Notes: generated by a model from the sequence alone, not told the origin. DNA of 64,000 nt from Candidatus Aenigmatarchaeota archaeon (GCA_039000725.1 JAWBNO010000001.1:323795-387794), one strand, 5' to 3'; positions 29,724 to 40,004 are shown, counted from the stretch's first letter. Made by a program: numbers and translations.

Positions 29724-30722
29724 TTATTTTCTAGCAAAAATTTTTTCTTTGTTCTGATAACCAATTTCTCTTAAGAGATTTTTTGCAATTAAATTATCAA
29801 CAATTCTTCTCAAAGTTCTTTCGCTAACATTTAATTTTTCTTTTAATTCATCATACGCCTGTCTAATAGATTTAGGCGTTTCAAATGTTTCTAAAACTAG
29901 TTTTTCTCTTTCTTCTAACTTTAGAATATTATTAAAATTTATATCATTTTGCTTTAATACAAGCTTAACATCTTCAATAGTTAACTTTTCTTTTGCAATT
30001 CTACCTGCTTTTAGAAGAATGTTTAAAGCTATTCTTACATCACCTCCTCTTTCTACAGCTTTATTAGCAACTATGGCAGAAACACCCTCTTCATAAGATC
30101 GAAATGCAAGTCTCATCCTTTCTTCAACAATTTCTTTCATTTCTAAGAAAGTATATGGTTTAAATTCAATTTCTTCTAAGTTCAAACTACTTTTAATTCT
30201 TTCTTCTAAACTTCTTAGAGCATACTTGTTATTTGAAATAAGTATTAGCAATATTTTCTGCCTTGTGTAATTTCCAATTCTAACCAAATCATAGATAACT
30301 TCTTGATCTTTGCTTATTAATATATCTATTTCATCTAAAGCCACAACTAAATTATTTTTGCTTTTATCCAAATATTCGACTAACTTTGTAAAAATCTCAT
30401 CTTTAGCTATTCCTCTTCTTGGTGAAAAAACCCCCAACTGTCTCAAAATTTCAAAGATTATTGAAAAGCTTGTGTTAAATTCCCAACAATTTATATAAAT
30501 ACACCTAATTCCACTATAGCTTTCAAATTCTTTAAGAACAAATCTTACTACAGCAGTCTTACCAACTCCAGGAGGACCATAAATAAATATGTTTGAAGAT
30601 CTTTGATTTTTCGCTAATATATTTATGCAATCTGCTAAAAATTTTATCTGATTTTCTCTATGCGGAAGATTGTTTGGTAAGTATTCTGGGTATAAAACTT
30701 CTTCATTTTTAAAAACAGACAT
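29724..30722 (-). CDS. cdc6: Orc1/Cdc6 replication initiator
   Basis: Walker A IFIYGPPGVGKTA, Walker B VVALDEID, C-terminal winged helix. Confidence 0.9.
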   Translation of the reverse strand: MSVFKNEEVLYPEYLPNNLPHRENQIKFLADCINILAKNQRSSNIFIYGPPGVGKTAVVRFVLKEFESYSGIRCIYINCWEFNTSFSIIFEILRQLGVFSPRRGIAKDEIFTKLVEYLDKSKNNLVVALDEIDILISKDQEVIYDLVRIGNYTRQKILLILISNNKYALRSLEERIKSSLNLEEIEFKPYTFLEMKEIVEERMRLAFRSYEEGVSAIVANKAVERGGDVRIALNILLKAGRIAKEKLTIEDVKLVLKQNDINFNNILKLEEREKLVLETFETPKSIRQAYDELKEKLNVSERTLRRIVDNLIAKNLLREIGYQNKEKIFARK

Positions 30723-30746
30723 AAAAAAATTTGAAAAATATCTATA

Positions 30747-32225
30747 TTACTGTTTTTCTGGTCTTAAAGTTGGAAAAGCTATAACTTCTCTTATTGAATG
30801 TGAATTAGTTAAAATCATAGTTAATCTATCTATACCGATTCCTAATCCACCGGTGGGAGGCATACCATATTCTAAGGCTCTAATAAAATCTTCATCATAT
30901 TCATGAAATTCTAATCCTTCCTTCCTTCTTTTAGCTTGTTCTAAGAATCTTTCTTTTTGGTCAATAGGATCATTTAATTCGCTAAAAGCATTCGCAATTT
31001 CCATACCAGCTATAAATCCTTCAAATCTTTCTACAAAGTTTGGATTGTCTCTTCTTCTTTTAGCTAGTGGAGAAATTTCCACAGGATAATCATAGACAAA
31101 AGTAGGTTGAATTAATTTTGGTTGAACAAGTTCTTCGAAAAACAGGTTTATTAAATCACCTCTACTAAAGTTTTCATTTACTTCTAGATTTTTTTCTTTT
31201 GCAATTTTAAGTAGTTCTTCTCTACTTAAATTTTCAACATCTACCCCTTCTTCTCTAATAGCATCAACCATTCTTATTCTTTTCCAAGGTGTCTTTAGAC
31301 TTATTTTAAATTCACCAAATTCTATTTCAAGTTTTCCTAAAACTCTTTCAGCTATATATGAAATCATATCTTCTGTTAATTTCATTATATCATTATAATC
31401 TGCATAAGCCCAATAACATTCCATCATAGTAAATTCTGGGTTATGCTTAGTATCTATACCTTCATTTCTAAAATCTCTGCCTATTTCATAAACTTTTTCT
31501 ATGCCGCCAACAATTAATCTCTTCAAATATAGCTCATCAGAAATTCTTAAATACAAATCTATATCTAATGCATTATGATGTGTTATAAAAGGCCTGGCAA
31601 AGGCACCACCATATATTGGTTGTAATATAGGTGTCTCTATCTCTACAAATCCTTTACTTTCTAAAAAGTCTCTCATGGCTCTGACTATCTTTGCTCTAGT
31701 TAATAATACTTCTCTACTTTTTTCATTTACAATTAAATCAACATACCTCATTCTATACCTCAAATCTTCATCTTTCAATCCGTACCACTTTGAAGGTAAT
31801 GGTCTTAAAGATTTAGCTAAGATTTGAAATTCTTTTACCCAGATGGTTAGTTCTCCTCTTTGAGTTTTAAAGGGAAAACCTTTAACGCCAATTATATCCC
31901 CTATATCAACTAACTCAGAAAAAATAACATAATTTTCTTTTAAAGTATTTTTCTCAAACCAAAGCTGAATTTTGTCTCCATCAAATAAATCTACAAAACT
32001 TGCCTTACCATGTTTTCTTATGTTCACTATTCTACCAGCTGTAGATATTTCTTCGTTTTCCTTTTTTTCACCTGCATTTAAATTTTCATACTTCTTTCTA
32101 ATTTCTTCAATTGTTTGTTTTTTCTCAAATTTCGTTATAGAATAAGGATCTAATCCCATCTCTCTCAATTTTTTCAATTTTTTCATTCTTTCTTCCATTA
32201 TTTGTTGTAAACTCTTACCCTCCAT
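30747..32225 (-). CDS. lysS: Lysyl-tRNA synthetase, class II
   Basis: N-terminal OB domain and class II motifs (FVEIETPIL; [25 protein letters not shown]; [10 protein letters not shown]). Confidence 0.9.
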   Translation of the reverse strand: MEGKSLQQIMEERMKKLKKLREMGLDPYSITKFEKKQTIEEIRKKYENLNAGEKKENEEISTAGRIVNIRKHGKASFVDLFDGDKIQLWFEKNTLKENYVIFSELVDIGDIIGVKGFPFKTQRGELTIWVKEFQILAKSLRPLPSKWYGLKDEDLRYRMRYVDLIVNEKSREVLLTRAKIVRAMRDFLESKGFVEIETPILQPIYGGAFARPFITHHNALDIDLYLRISDELYLKRLIVGGIEKVYEIGRDFRNEGIDTKHNPEFTMMECYWAYADYNDIMKLTEDMISYIAERVLGKLEIEFGEFKISLKTPWKRIRMVDAIREEGVDVENLSREELLKIAKEKNLEVNENFSRGDLINLFFEELVQPKLIQPTFVYDYPVEISPLAKRRRDNPNFVERFEGFIAGMEIANAFSELNDPIDQKERFLEQAKRRKEGLEFHEYDEDFIRALEYGMPPTGGLGIGIDRLTMILTNSHSIREVIAFPTLRPEKQ

Positions 32226-32276
32226 TACTTCTATTTTTACAATAAAAAATTAATTTTTATTCTCCTCAATTTATAG

Positions 32277-33494
32277 ATGGAAATTAACCCTAAGTTAATA
32301 CCAGAAGCCAATATAGGAATGTTGGGACACGTAAGTCATGGAAAAACTAAGTTAACTGAAGCGCTTACTGGAAAATTAACACTTCAACATTCTGAAGAAC
32401 TCAAGAGAGGAATAACTATTAGGTTAGGCTATGCGGATTTACACATATATAAATGTATGAATTGCGGAAGATATAGTAATTCTTCTAAATGTCCCTTTTG
32501 CTTTTCCGATACTGAAATTCAAAGAACAATTAGCTTTGTTGACTCTCCAGGTCACGAAGTTCTTATGGCTACAGTTTTAACCGGCAGCTCAGTTTTAGAT
32601 GGTGCTATTTTAGTTATTGCTGCTAACGAAAAATGCCCTCAACCACAAACTGTAGAGCATTTAAAAGCGTTAGAAATAGTAGGCTTGAAAAACATAATAA
32701 TAGTTCAAACAAAAATCGATTTGGTTACTAAGGAACAAGCATTAAAAAATTATCAAGAAATTAAAGAGTTTGTTAAAGGCACCATTGCAGAAAACGCCCC
32801 TATTATACCGGTTTCTTCTACGCAAAAACTAAATATAGATAAAGTAATAGAGGCAATAGAAAAATTCATATCAACTCCTAAAAGAGAAGAAAATGTCGAT
32901 CCAAGATTTTTAGTTATTAGAAGTTTTGATATTAACAAGCCTGGTTATGAGGTAAACAGATTGTCTGGTGGTATTTTAGGAGGAAGTATAATTGAGGGTA
33001 AATTGAAAGTTGGTGATAAATTAGAAATCAAGCCAGGAGTTAAAATTGATGATAAATTTGTTTCTTTGAGAACAGAAGTAGTTGGCTTAAAAAAAGCAAA
33101 TTTAGATTTAAAAGAGGCTGGTCCAGGTGGATTATTAGGCGTGATGACTAAACTGGACCCGTTTTTAACGAAGTCAGACTTTTTAGTTGGCAATGTTGTT
33201 AGTTTAGAAGGTAAATTACCAGAACCAACTTACGAAATATCTTTTCAGTATTTTGTCTTTGAAAGGGTAGTTAGATATGCAGGATTACAAAACTTGCCAC
33301 CTATAAAAATAGGTGAAAAGTTATTGTTGCATTATGAAAATCAGAGAAGTATAGGAATAGTAAAAGAAGTTAAGAAAGAAACAATAAAATGTATTTTAAA
33401 TACGCCTTTTGTAATAAATAAAAAAGAAAAAAAATTAGCTATATCTCGACAAGTTTCTGGCAGATGGAAGCTAACTGGTTATGGTATTTTATGA
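32277..33494 (+). CDS. eif2g: Translation initiation factor aIF-2 gamma
   Basis: GHVSHGKTKLTEALTG, a zinc knuckle CMNCG...CPFC, DSPGHE, and QTKID (NKxD variant). Confidence 0.9.
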   Translation: MEINPKLIPEANIGMLGHVSHGKTKLTEALTGKLTLQHSEELKRGITIRLGYADLHIYKCMNCGRYSNSSKCPFCFSDTEIQRTISFVDSPGHEVLMATVLTGSSVLDGAILVIAANEKCPQPQTVEHLKALEIVGLKNIIIVQTKIDLVTKEQALKNYQEIKEFVKGTIAENAPIIPVSSTQKLNIDKVIEAIEKFISTPKREENVDPRFLVIRSFDINKPGYEVNRLSGGILGGSIIEGKLKVGDKLEIKPGVKIDDKFVSLRTEVVGLKKANLDLKEAGPGGLLGVMTKLDPFLTKSDFLVGNVVSLEGKLPEPTYEISFQYFVFERVVRYAGLQNLPPIKIGEKLLLHYENQRSIGIVKEVKKETIKCILNTPFVINKKEKKLAISRQVSGRWKLTGYGIL

Positions 33495-33881
33495 AGCGCA
33501 ATATACTATCCCTGTTGCTGAAGATCCAGATGTAGTTGCAGCTATTCTATAATAGCCTGAACCAACAAGCGCACTACCTCTATTAATCGGGCAAGAAAGA
33601 GTAGTTCCTGGAGGTATTGAATTAAGTTGACAATTACCTGATTGCGTTCCATCAGGATTAGTTGCAGTAACAGTTACTGTGCTACTAGCTTGTGTTCCAT
33701 CGTTTCTTACACCAACAGTTATGGTACTACTTGTACATGTAGTTAAAGAAGAATCTATACTTAGAACTACCGCTGTCCTTGCTGTAAATATACCACTTAT
33801 ATAACTATATGCTAGTCCAACTAGACCAATCGTAATTACTAGCATTAATAACATAGCAATTACATCACTTATAGCTTTCAT
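33489..33881 (-). CDS. Archaeal type IV pilin-like protein (MKAIS class)
   Basis: MKAISDVIAMLLMLVITIGLVGLAYSYISG followed by a Thr/Ser/Gly-rich domain with Cys residues. Visibly GC-richer than its neighbours. Confidence 0.7.
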   Translation of the reverse strand: MKAISDVIAMLLMLVITIGLVGLAYSYISGIFTARTAVVLSIDSSLTTCTSSTITVGVRNDGTQASSTVTVTATNPDGTQSGNCQLNSIPPGTTLSCPINRGSALVGSGYYRIAATTSGSSATGIVYCAS

Positions 33882-33917
33882 AAATTTTATTTAAATTTAC
33901 ATTTAAAAAGGTTTATA

Positions 33918-34292
33918 ATGACACTTAGTATAATATTAGATACCAACTTTTTACTTTATATTTTAAAATTTAAAGTAGATTTAAACAGTATAATTGCTGA
34001 CGAAAATTTAGAAATTTACGTTTCCGAATCAGTAATAAGTGAATTAAAAAGTTTGAAAAATTTAAGAACAAAGGAAGGAAGATTGGCTTTTATTGCTTTA
34101 AAGCTGTTGGAAGAAGGCAATTTTAAGATAGTTAAGAGTGTTAGTAGTAAAGTTGATGAAGATTTATTAATTTTGGCTAAAAAATATGGTTTTATAGTTG
34201 CTACAAATGATAAAGATTTAAGGAAAAAATTAAAAATGAATAATATAAAAACTATTTGTTTAAGAAATAAGAAAAAAATAGAGGTGGTGTAA
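33918..34292 (+). CDS. PIN-domain protein (Fcf1/Utp24-like)
   Basis: ILDTNFLLY...VATNDKDLRKKLK acidic-residue pattern. Confidence 0.7.
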   Translation: MTLSIILDTNFLLYILKFKVDLNSIIADENLEIYVSESVISELKSLKNLRTKEGRLAFIALKLLEEGNFKIVKSVSSKVDEDLLILAKKYGFIVATNDKDLRKKLKMNNIKTICLRNKKKIEVV

Positions 34293-34819
34293 TGAATCTG
34301 ATGCATGATATTGACTGCGGAACAGAAGAAGAATTCTATGTGGTAGTAGAAAATGTAAAGGGAAGTTCTAATAAAATAGAATACGATAAAGACAAAGGAG
34401 CTTTTGTTTTAGATAGAGTTTTGTATTCTCCAATATTTTGGCCATTTGATTATGGTTTTATTCCAAGAACTTGGCATGAAGATGAAGATCCAGTAGATGT
34501 AGTTTTATTAACTACATATCCTACTTTTCCTGGATGTCTAGTTAAAGCCAGACCAATAGGAGCAATAATAATGGAAGATGAAAAAGGAATAGATGATAAA
34601 GTAGTTGCTGTTCCAGTAAAAGATCCAAGATTTAAAGATATTAAATCAGTTGAAGATTTAGGGGAGCATTTTAAGAAAGAGGTTCAAGATTTTTTTGAGA
34701 GTTATAAAAGATTAGAACCTGGAAAATTCGTTAAATTCAAAGAATGGAAAAATGTTGATGTTGCTAAAGAAATAATAAGAAAAGCTAAGGAAGAATATAA
34801 TAAAAAGTTTGGTAGATAA
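34292..34819 (+). CDS. ppa: Inorganic pyrophosphatase (family I)
   Basis: DRVLYSPIFWPFDYGFIPRTWHEDEDPVDVVLL...DDKVVAV. Confidence 0.9.
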   Translation: MNLMHDIDCGTEEEFYVVVENVKGSSNKIEYDKDKGAFVLDRVLYSPIFWPFDYGFIPRTWHEDEDPVDVVLLTTYPTFPGCLVKARPIGAIIMEDEKGIDDKVVAVPVKDPRFKDIKSVEDLGEHFKKEVQDFFESYKRLEPGKFVKFKEWKNVDVAKEIIRKAKEEYNKKFGR

Positions 34820-34821
34820 AG

Positions 34822-35352
34822 ATGTATAAAATTGTTACATTGAGAGAAAAAATTAAAGTACCACCAGAAAAGTTTGGCACCGATGAAGAAAAAGCTATAG
34901 AAGAGACGATTAGAGAAAACTATGAATCAGTTATAGATTCTAAAAATGGTATGGTTTTACTTTCTTTAGTTTCTATTGATAAGATTGAAGAAGGAAAAAT
35001 TTATCCGGCAGATCCAAACATTTATTATAGTGTTGTTTTCAAAATGCTAGTTTTTAAACCAGAATTGAATGAGTTAATAATTGGAGAGGTTGTTGATACA
35101 ACAGATTTTGGAGCGTTTGTAAGAATAGGTCCTATAGATGGTTTGGTTCATATATCTCAATTAATGGACGATTATGTTTCATTTGATAAAAAAAATTCTA
35201 TATTTTTAGGGAAACAAACTAAGAAAACTCTAAAAATTGGTGATAAAGTTTTAGCTAGAATAGTTTCTATATCTTGGAAAGAGCAAAATAAAATAGGATT
35301 AACAATGAGACAACCAGGTTTAGGTGCATTACATTGGCTTAAAAAGAAGTGA
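34822..35352 (+). CDS. rpoE: DNA-directed RNA polymerase subunit E' (Rpo7) with S1 domain
   Basis: GEVVDTTDFGAFVRIGPIDGLVHISQLMDD. Confidence 0.85.
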   Translation: MYKIVTLREKIKVPPEKFGTDEEKAIEETIRENYESVIDSKNGMVLLSLVSIDKIEEGKIYPADPNIYYSVVFKMLVFKPELNELIIGEVVDTTDFGAFVRIGPIDGLVHISQLMDDYVSFDKKNSIFLGKQTKKTLKIGDKVLARIVSISWKEQNKIGLTMRQPGLGALHWLKKK

Positions 35353-35543
35353 TATCTATGAAAAGAATAATGGCTTGTAGAAACTGTAAATTTTTAACTT
35401 CAGAAAAAATATGTCCAAATTGCGGATCTACAAATTTGACCTCAAGCTGGAAAGGAATTATTGTAGTTTTAGATAGTGAAAGTCAAATAGCTAAGACTGC
35501 AGGAATAAATAAGCCAGGAAAGTATGCTGTTTTTGTGGGTTGA
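35349..35543 (+). CDS. spt4: Transcription elongation factor Spt4 / RpoE''
   Basis: CRNCKFL...CPNCGSTNLTSSWKGIIVVLD, downstream of rpoE as in other archaea. Confidence 0.85.
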   Translation: MISMKRIMACRNCKFLTSEKICPNCGSTNLTSSWKGIIVVLDSESQIAKTAGINKPGKYAVFVG

Positions 35544-35547
35544 GACC

Positions 35548-35832
35548 ATGGAGTTTAATATAGTGAGAGAAAAATATAATCCATTTTTAAAAAGAAAGGA
35601 GTTAGAAATAGTTTTTATACATCCTGGAGAGTCAACTCCTTCTAAAGAGAAAATTAATAATATTATTAAAGAAAAATATGGAGTTGATGAGTCGCAAATA
35701 GAAATAAATTATGTAATCTCAAAGTTTGGCTCTCCAGAAAGTATAGCTAAGGTTAAAATATATGATGAAAAAAGAGAGGTGAAAAAGGTTGAAGCACAGC
35801 CAAGTGAAAATAAACAAAATACTCAACAATAA
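35548..35832 (+). CDS. rps24e: Ribosomal protein S24e (eS24)
   Basis: [26 protein letters not shown]. Start set at the ATG at 35548. Confidence 0.85.
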   Translation: MEFNIVREKYNPFLKRKELEIVFIHPGESTPSKEKINNIIKEKYGVDESQIEINYVISKFGSPESIAKVKIYDEKREVKKVEAQPSENKQNTQQ

Positions 35833-35923
35833 AAGATGTCCTAGATGTACATCTATAATGGCTAAACATGAAAACAGATGGTACTGTGGAAAATGCCATT
35901 ATACAGAATTTTTAAAAGTTTAG
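35804..35923 (+). CDS. rps27ae: Ribosomal protein S27ae (eS31), start codon uncertain (GTG 35804 or TTG 35789)
   Basis: Absent from the ORF track. The frame reads ...[30 protein letters not shown]. It has a C4 zinc ribbon and the conserved S24e-S27ae adjacency, and it overlaps the rps24e end. Confidence 0.6.
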   Translation: MKINKILNNKRCPRCTSIMAKHENRWYCGKCHYTEFLKV

Positions 35924-35939
35924 TTTTGGAATAAATTAA

Positions 35940-36401
35940 ATGCTAGTAAAAGAATGTATGACTACTAGAGTTATAACTATATCCCCAGATTCAGAAATTT
36001 TAGACGCAGTAAAATTAATGGTGGAAAACAACATTTCGGGTTTAATAGTTTTAGATAAAAATAATAAAGTTGTTGGAGTTATTAGTGAAAGTGATATAGT
36101 TAATGCTTTGAAATCATCCTTCCCAGAAATTTCAATAACTTCAAATATTAGTCTATCTTTGCTATTATTGTTAAAAAGGGGATTGGAAGCTTATATGGAG
36201 GCCAAAAAGTTAGCTAAACTTAAAGTAAAAGATCTAATGACAAAAAAAGTTTTTTCTGTAAAACCAGAAGATACAATAGAAGAAGCAGCTAGAATAATGA
36301 GTGAAAAGGACGTTAAAAGATTGCCAGTTATAGACGAAAACAACAATTTGGTTGGAATAATATCTAGAAGTGATATTTTAAAGGCATTGATGAAAGAATA
36401 G
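35940..36401 (+). CDS. CBS-domain pair protein
   Basis: ISGLIVLDKNNKVVGVISESDI and VKRLPVIDENNNLVGIISRSDIL. Confidence 0.75.
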   Translation: MLVKECMTTRVITISPDSEILDAVKLMVENNISGLIVLDKNNKVVGVISESDIVNALKSSFPEISITSNISLSLLLLLKRGLEAYMEAKKLAKLKVKDLMTKKVFSVKPEDTIEEAARIMSEKDVKRLPVIDENNNLVGIISRSDILKALMKE

Positions 36402-36436
36402 AAAACTTATATAAAAGTTTGACTTAAAGTTAGATA

Positions 36437-37126
36437 ATGAGACTTATAATTTTTGGTCCGCCTGGTTCTGGAAAGGGAACTTATGCCGGTAAACTTAGAG
36501 AAAAATTTGGATTAGAAAAAATATCAACAGGAGATATATTCAGAGAAGAAATAAAAAAAGGAACTGAACTAGGAAAAAAGGTAGAAAATTTCCTAAGAGA
36601 AGGAAAATTAGTTCCGGACGAAATAGTTATAGAGGTTGTTAGAGAAAAAATTAAAAATTTAGATAAATTTATTCTAGACGGTTTTCCTAGGACTCTGGAA
36701 CAAGCGAATGCTTTGGAAAAAATGACAAAAATAGATGCTATAATAAAAGTAAACGTACACCCGGAGATAATAATTGAAAAAATAAGTGGAAGAAGAATTT
36801 GTTCGAATCCTAAATGTGATGGAAATTATAATATTGTTGGCATAGAAAAAACAATAGATGGAATAGATTATTTATTACCACCATTATTACCAAGGAATGA
36901 TATGAAATGCGATAAATGTGGTTCTCCTTTAATTCAAAGAGATGATGATAAGCCAGAAATAATAAAGAAGAGGTTAGAAATTTATGAAGAACAAAGCAAG
37001 CCAGTAATAGATTATTATAGAAGAAATACTAAGATACCTTTTGTAGAAGTTTGGATGAATAGACCGCCAGAGATAGTTGTTGAAAAAATTATAGAAGAGC
37101 TTAGAAAGTTAAACCTATTTAAATAA
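36437..37126 (+). CDS. adk: Adenylate kinase, long (bacterial/eukaryal-type) form with zinc lid
   Basis: FGPPGSGKGT, FILDGFPRT, lid CSNPKCDGNYN...CDKCGSPLIQRDDD. Confidence 0.9.
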   Translation: MRLIIFGPPGSGKGTYAGKLREKFGLEKISTGDIFREEIKKGTELGKKVENFLREGKLVPDEIVIEVVREKIKNLDKFILDGFPRTLEQANALEKMTKIDAIIKVNVHPEIIIEKISGRRICSNPKCDGNYNIVGIEKTIDGIDYLLPPLLPRNDMKCDKCGSPLIQRDDDKPEIIKKRLEIYEEQSKPVIDYYRRNTKIPFVEVWMNRPPEIVVEKIIEELRKLNLFK

Positions 37127-37798
37127 TTTTTGATTTGGATAAACAATAATCCCTCTACCACTTTTAATTTCAAAAGGATGAATATCTCTGTCATGATCTA
37201 TTAATCTCATTTTTCTAATAACTATACCTCTAGGATATCCTATTTTATAAAAAAGAAGAATTATTCCATCTGATGTGAATTCTTCTATCCCAAAAGAAGA
37301 AATTGCTTGCGAACCTTCTGGTATTTCGCAAGTTAATAATGATGTGCATTTTAATTTTTTAAGCATAAAATCTAGCTCTAACAGGCTTCTTCTTATCTGT
37401 AAAGGATTTTCAAAAAACAGGCTTATAACAGTTATGGGATCAATAGCTATTCTTTTAATTTTCATTTTTTCTACATTAGTTTCTATCAAATCTTTAAATT
37501 TTTCAAAATCATAAATATCGGATCTAATCATAGATAGCTTACCTTTTTTAACTAGTTCATTTATAGGCCACTTAAAAGCTATACTAAGATATTCTTTCAT
37601 TCTTTCTACATCTTCTTCTAAAGATATGTATAGACCATTTTCACCTTTTAAGGCACCATTGACTAAAAATTGTATAGAAAGTATAGTTTTTCCTGAGCCA
37701 GGAGAACCAGAGACAAGAGTAGTTGATCCTAAGGGTAGACCTCCTTTTAGAAGTTCATCCAATCCCTTAATTCCTGTCGGTATTAATTCTATTGTCAT
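37115..37798 (-). CDS. KaiC/RecA-superfamily ATPase (ArlH/FlaH-like)
   Basis: IPTGIKGLDELLKGGLPLGSTTLVSGSPGSGKTILSIQF. Divergently adjacent to pilus locus 2. Confidence 0.8.
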   Translation of the reverse strand: MTIELIPTGIKGLDELLKGGLPLGSTTLVSGSPGSGKTILSIQFLVNGALKGENGLYISLEEDVERMKEYLSIAFKWPINELVKKGKLSMIRSDIYDFEKFKDLIETNVEKMKIKRIAIDPITVISLFFENPLQIRRSLLELDFMLKKLKCTSLLTCEIPEGSQAISSFGIEEFTSDGIILLFYKIGYPRGIVIRKMRLIDHDRDIHPFEIKSGRGIIVYPNQKLFK

Positions 37799-37827
37799 AA
37801 ATTTATTTTTTAGTTTTAATTTAAAAC

Positions 37828-38400
37828 ATGAAGGTAGTTAAAGAAAATAAAATAAAGTTTTTGATTAGGAATTTAAAGCCTAATTATGTTGTTCTATTCA
37901 TTATAGATTCTAAGAAATACCATAGAATACATCCAAAAATCATAAGGTATATAATAGAGGAAAAAAAATTTTCAGGTATATATATAACGGTTAATAAACC
38001 ATATGAAAATTTAATTAAGTATTTAGAAGACAACGGGATAGATACAAAGAATATTTTTTTCATAGATGCTATTTCTAAAGTAGCATCACAAGAAATGAAA
38101 ATTACTGAAAACTGTTTATTTATACCTTCTCCATCCCATTTAACTGACTTAGGAATTGCTTTAACAGAGGCTTTAGAAACTATGGAAAAAAAAGAAAGTA
38201 AGTTTTTAATTTTAGATTCAATTTCAACTATGCTTGTTTATAACGATTTTGAAAGCGTTGCAAAGTTTGTGCATTTTATTATAACAAGACTAAGAATATT
38301 TGGTTTAGTAGGTTTATTAATATCTATAGAAAAATTAATAGATGAAAGAATGTTGAATGTGCTTAAAGAAATGTGTGATGAGGTGGTTGAAATAGTATGA
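37828..38400 (+). CDS. RecA/KaiC-like protein lacking a recognisable Walker A
   Basis: The C-terminal half FLILDSISTMLVY...GLVGLLISIEK resembles the KaiC Walker B/strand region. I saw no GxxGxGK[ST]. Confidence 0.5.
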   Translation: MKVVKENKIKFLIRNLKPNYVVLFIIDSKKYHRIHPKIIRYIIEEKKFSGIYITVNKPYENLIKYLEDNGIDTKNIFFIDAISKVASQEMKITENCLFIPSPSHLTDLGIALTEALETMEKKESKFLILDSISTMLVYNDFESVAKFVHFIITRLRIFGLVGLLISIEKLIDERMLNVLKEMCDEVVEIV

Positions 38401-38747
38401 TAGAAACAATTTTTTTAGTACTAACATCTATTAGTACAATACTTTGTCTATTTTCAATGTATTTTTTAGTTAAATCAAACATTAGATTTACTAAGGGAGA
38501 AATGCAAAGAATTACAACAGATTTTGGTTTAGGCGTTTTGTTTTTTAGCGGTGTTGTTTTAGCTAGGTTAACGGTTGAAATATTTAGATTTGAAATTCCA
38601 ATACTTCCTTTTATAGAAAAGATTTTCTTAATAGTTGCATCTTACAAATTTGCTCAAGCTTCTTATAGATTATATAAGATATCTAAAGTTATTGGATTTG
38701 CTTCTAGTGAAATTCCTAAAAAGTTAAAGAGAATATTGAAAAAATAG
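38397..38747 (+). CDS. Small multi-TM membrane protein
   Basis: 116 aa with about three hydrophobic helices. Start/stop coupled with both neighbours. Confidence 0.5.
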   Translation: MIETIFLVLTSISTILCLFSMYFLVKSNIRFTKGEMQRITTDFGLGVLFFSGVVLARLTVEIFRFEIPILPFIEKIFLIVASYKFAQASYRLYKISKVIGFASSEIPKKLKRILKK

Positions 38748-38763
38748 GAAAGAAAAATAATAA

Positions 38764-39174
38764 ATGAAGTCCCAAGTTTCAATAGAATATTTAATAATAA
38801 TTTCTTTTTCTCTAATGGTTTTAGTTCCAATAATTATTTTTATTTATGATTATCATAAAACTCAGAAAGAGGAATATTATTTGTTTATTGCCTCAGAAAC
38901 AGTAAAGAAAATTGGAGAAGCTGTTGATTATGTTTATTTACAAGGAGAGCCATCAAAAATAACTATTAGAGTAACTATACCCCAAAATTTAGAAGAAATT
39001 AAAGTACTAAATAAGACTATAGTGTTTAGAGTAAGAGCTTATGGAGGAATAAGTGATATTTATTATAATTCAATTTGTGAAATTTTTGGCTATATACCAA
39101 AAGAAGAAGGAGAATATTTTCTTACAATTCAAGCTAAAGAGAGAGGTGTTTATATAAATGTTAGCTCAGGTTAG
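38764..39174 (+). CDS. Class III signal peptide (prepilin-like) protein
   Basis: MKSQVSIEYLIIISFSLMVLVPIIIFI (K-S|Q-x3-E). Confidence 0.65.
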   Translation: MKSQVSIEYLIIISFSLMVLVPIIIFIYDYHKTQKEEYYLFIASETVKKIGEAVDYVYLQGEPSKITIRVTIPQNLEEIKVLNKTIVFRVRAYGGISDIYYNSICEIFGYIPKEEGEYFLTIQAKERGVYINVSSG

Positions 39175-39544
39175 TATTGAATTTGTAACATTGTTTATAT
39201 TACTTATTTCAATTTTTAGTCTAGTTTTTTATTACAATTTAGAATATTTCAAGGACATAAATGAAAGAAAAATTTTATACGAAGCCAAAATTATTGCTGA
39301 TAGCATTGCAAAAGAAATAGATATCGCCGCAAATATTGGAAATGGCTATTCTAGAGTTTTTTATGTTAAAAACAAAATTCTTGGATACATAGATTATGAT
39401 ATAATTTATTCTACATACACTGTTATAATAAAATGGAATAATAATTATGTTGAATCTGTAACTTCTGTTAAAGAAATTGTGGGAAAAATAGAAAAAGGAA
39501 AAAATGTTATTAAGAATATAGATGGTGTTATTTATGTTAATTAA
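39158..39544 (+). CDS. Class III signal peptide (prepilin-like) protein
   Basis: MLAQVSIEFVTLFILLISIFSLVF (A|Q-x3-E). Confidence 0.65.
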   Translation: MLAQVSIEFVTLFILLISIFSLVFYYNLEYFKDINERKILYEAKIIADSIAKEIDIAANIGNGYSRVFYVKNKILGYIDYDIIYSTYTVIIKWNNNYVESVTSVKEIVGKIEKGKNVIKNIDGVIYVN

Positions 39545-40004
39545 AATGCAAACTTTAACTTACGATTTTTTTATTGCATTATCACTTTTTCTAATCACAA
39601 TATTCATAATTATTTCTTTATTTAGGGTAAAAATAGAAAGATATGATGAATATTTGAAAATTAAAAGCATGGAAAGAATAATGATTGATGCATCTGAAAT
39701 TTGGTTTATTGAAGGAAACCCAACTTATTGGAATATAAATGATGTAAGGCAATTGGGTTTAGCAAATGATGGTGAAATAAATTTGACGAAATTAGAAATG
39801 TTAAATAACCTTTCGTATTCAAAATTTTATACTTTAATAAAATCTTCAGCATACAATATAAAATTTCAGTTGTACGATATTAGTGGTAGATTAATCTTTG
39901 AATATCCAAATATAGATGTAAATGGTAGAAATGTTATATTTTTTGATAGATATGCTATTTTTAATAAAAGTATAGTAAAAGTGAGGACTATAGTATGGGA
40001 TTGA
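39522..40004 (+). CDS. Prepilin-like / membrane-anchored pilus-locus protein
   Basis: MVLFMLIKMQTLTYDFFIALSLFLITIFII. An alternative start is at 39546. Confidence 0.5.
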   Translation: MVLFMLIKMQTLTYDFFIALSLFLITIFIIISLFRVKIERYDEYLKIKSMERIMIDASEIWFIEGNPTYWNINDVRQLGLANDGEINLTKLEMLNNLSYSKFYTLIKSSAYNIKFQLYDISGRLIFEYPNIDVNGRNVIFFDRYAIFNKSIVKVRTIVWD

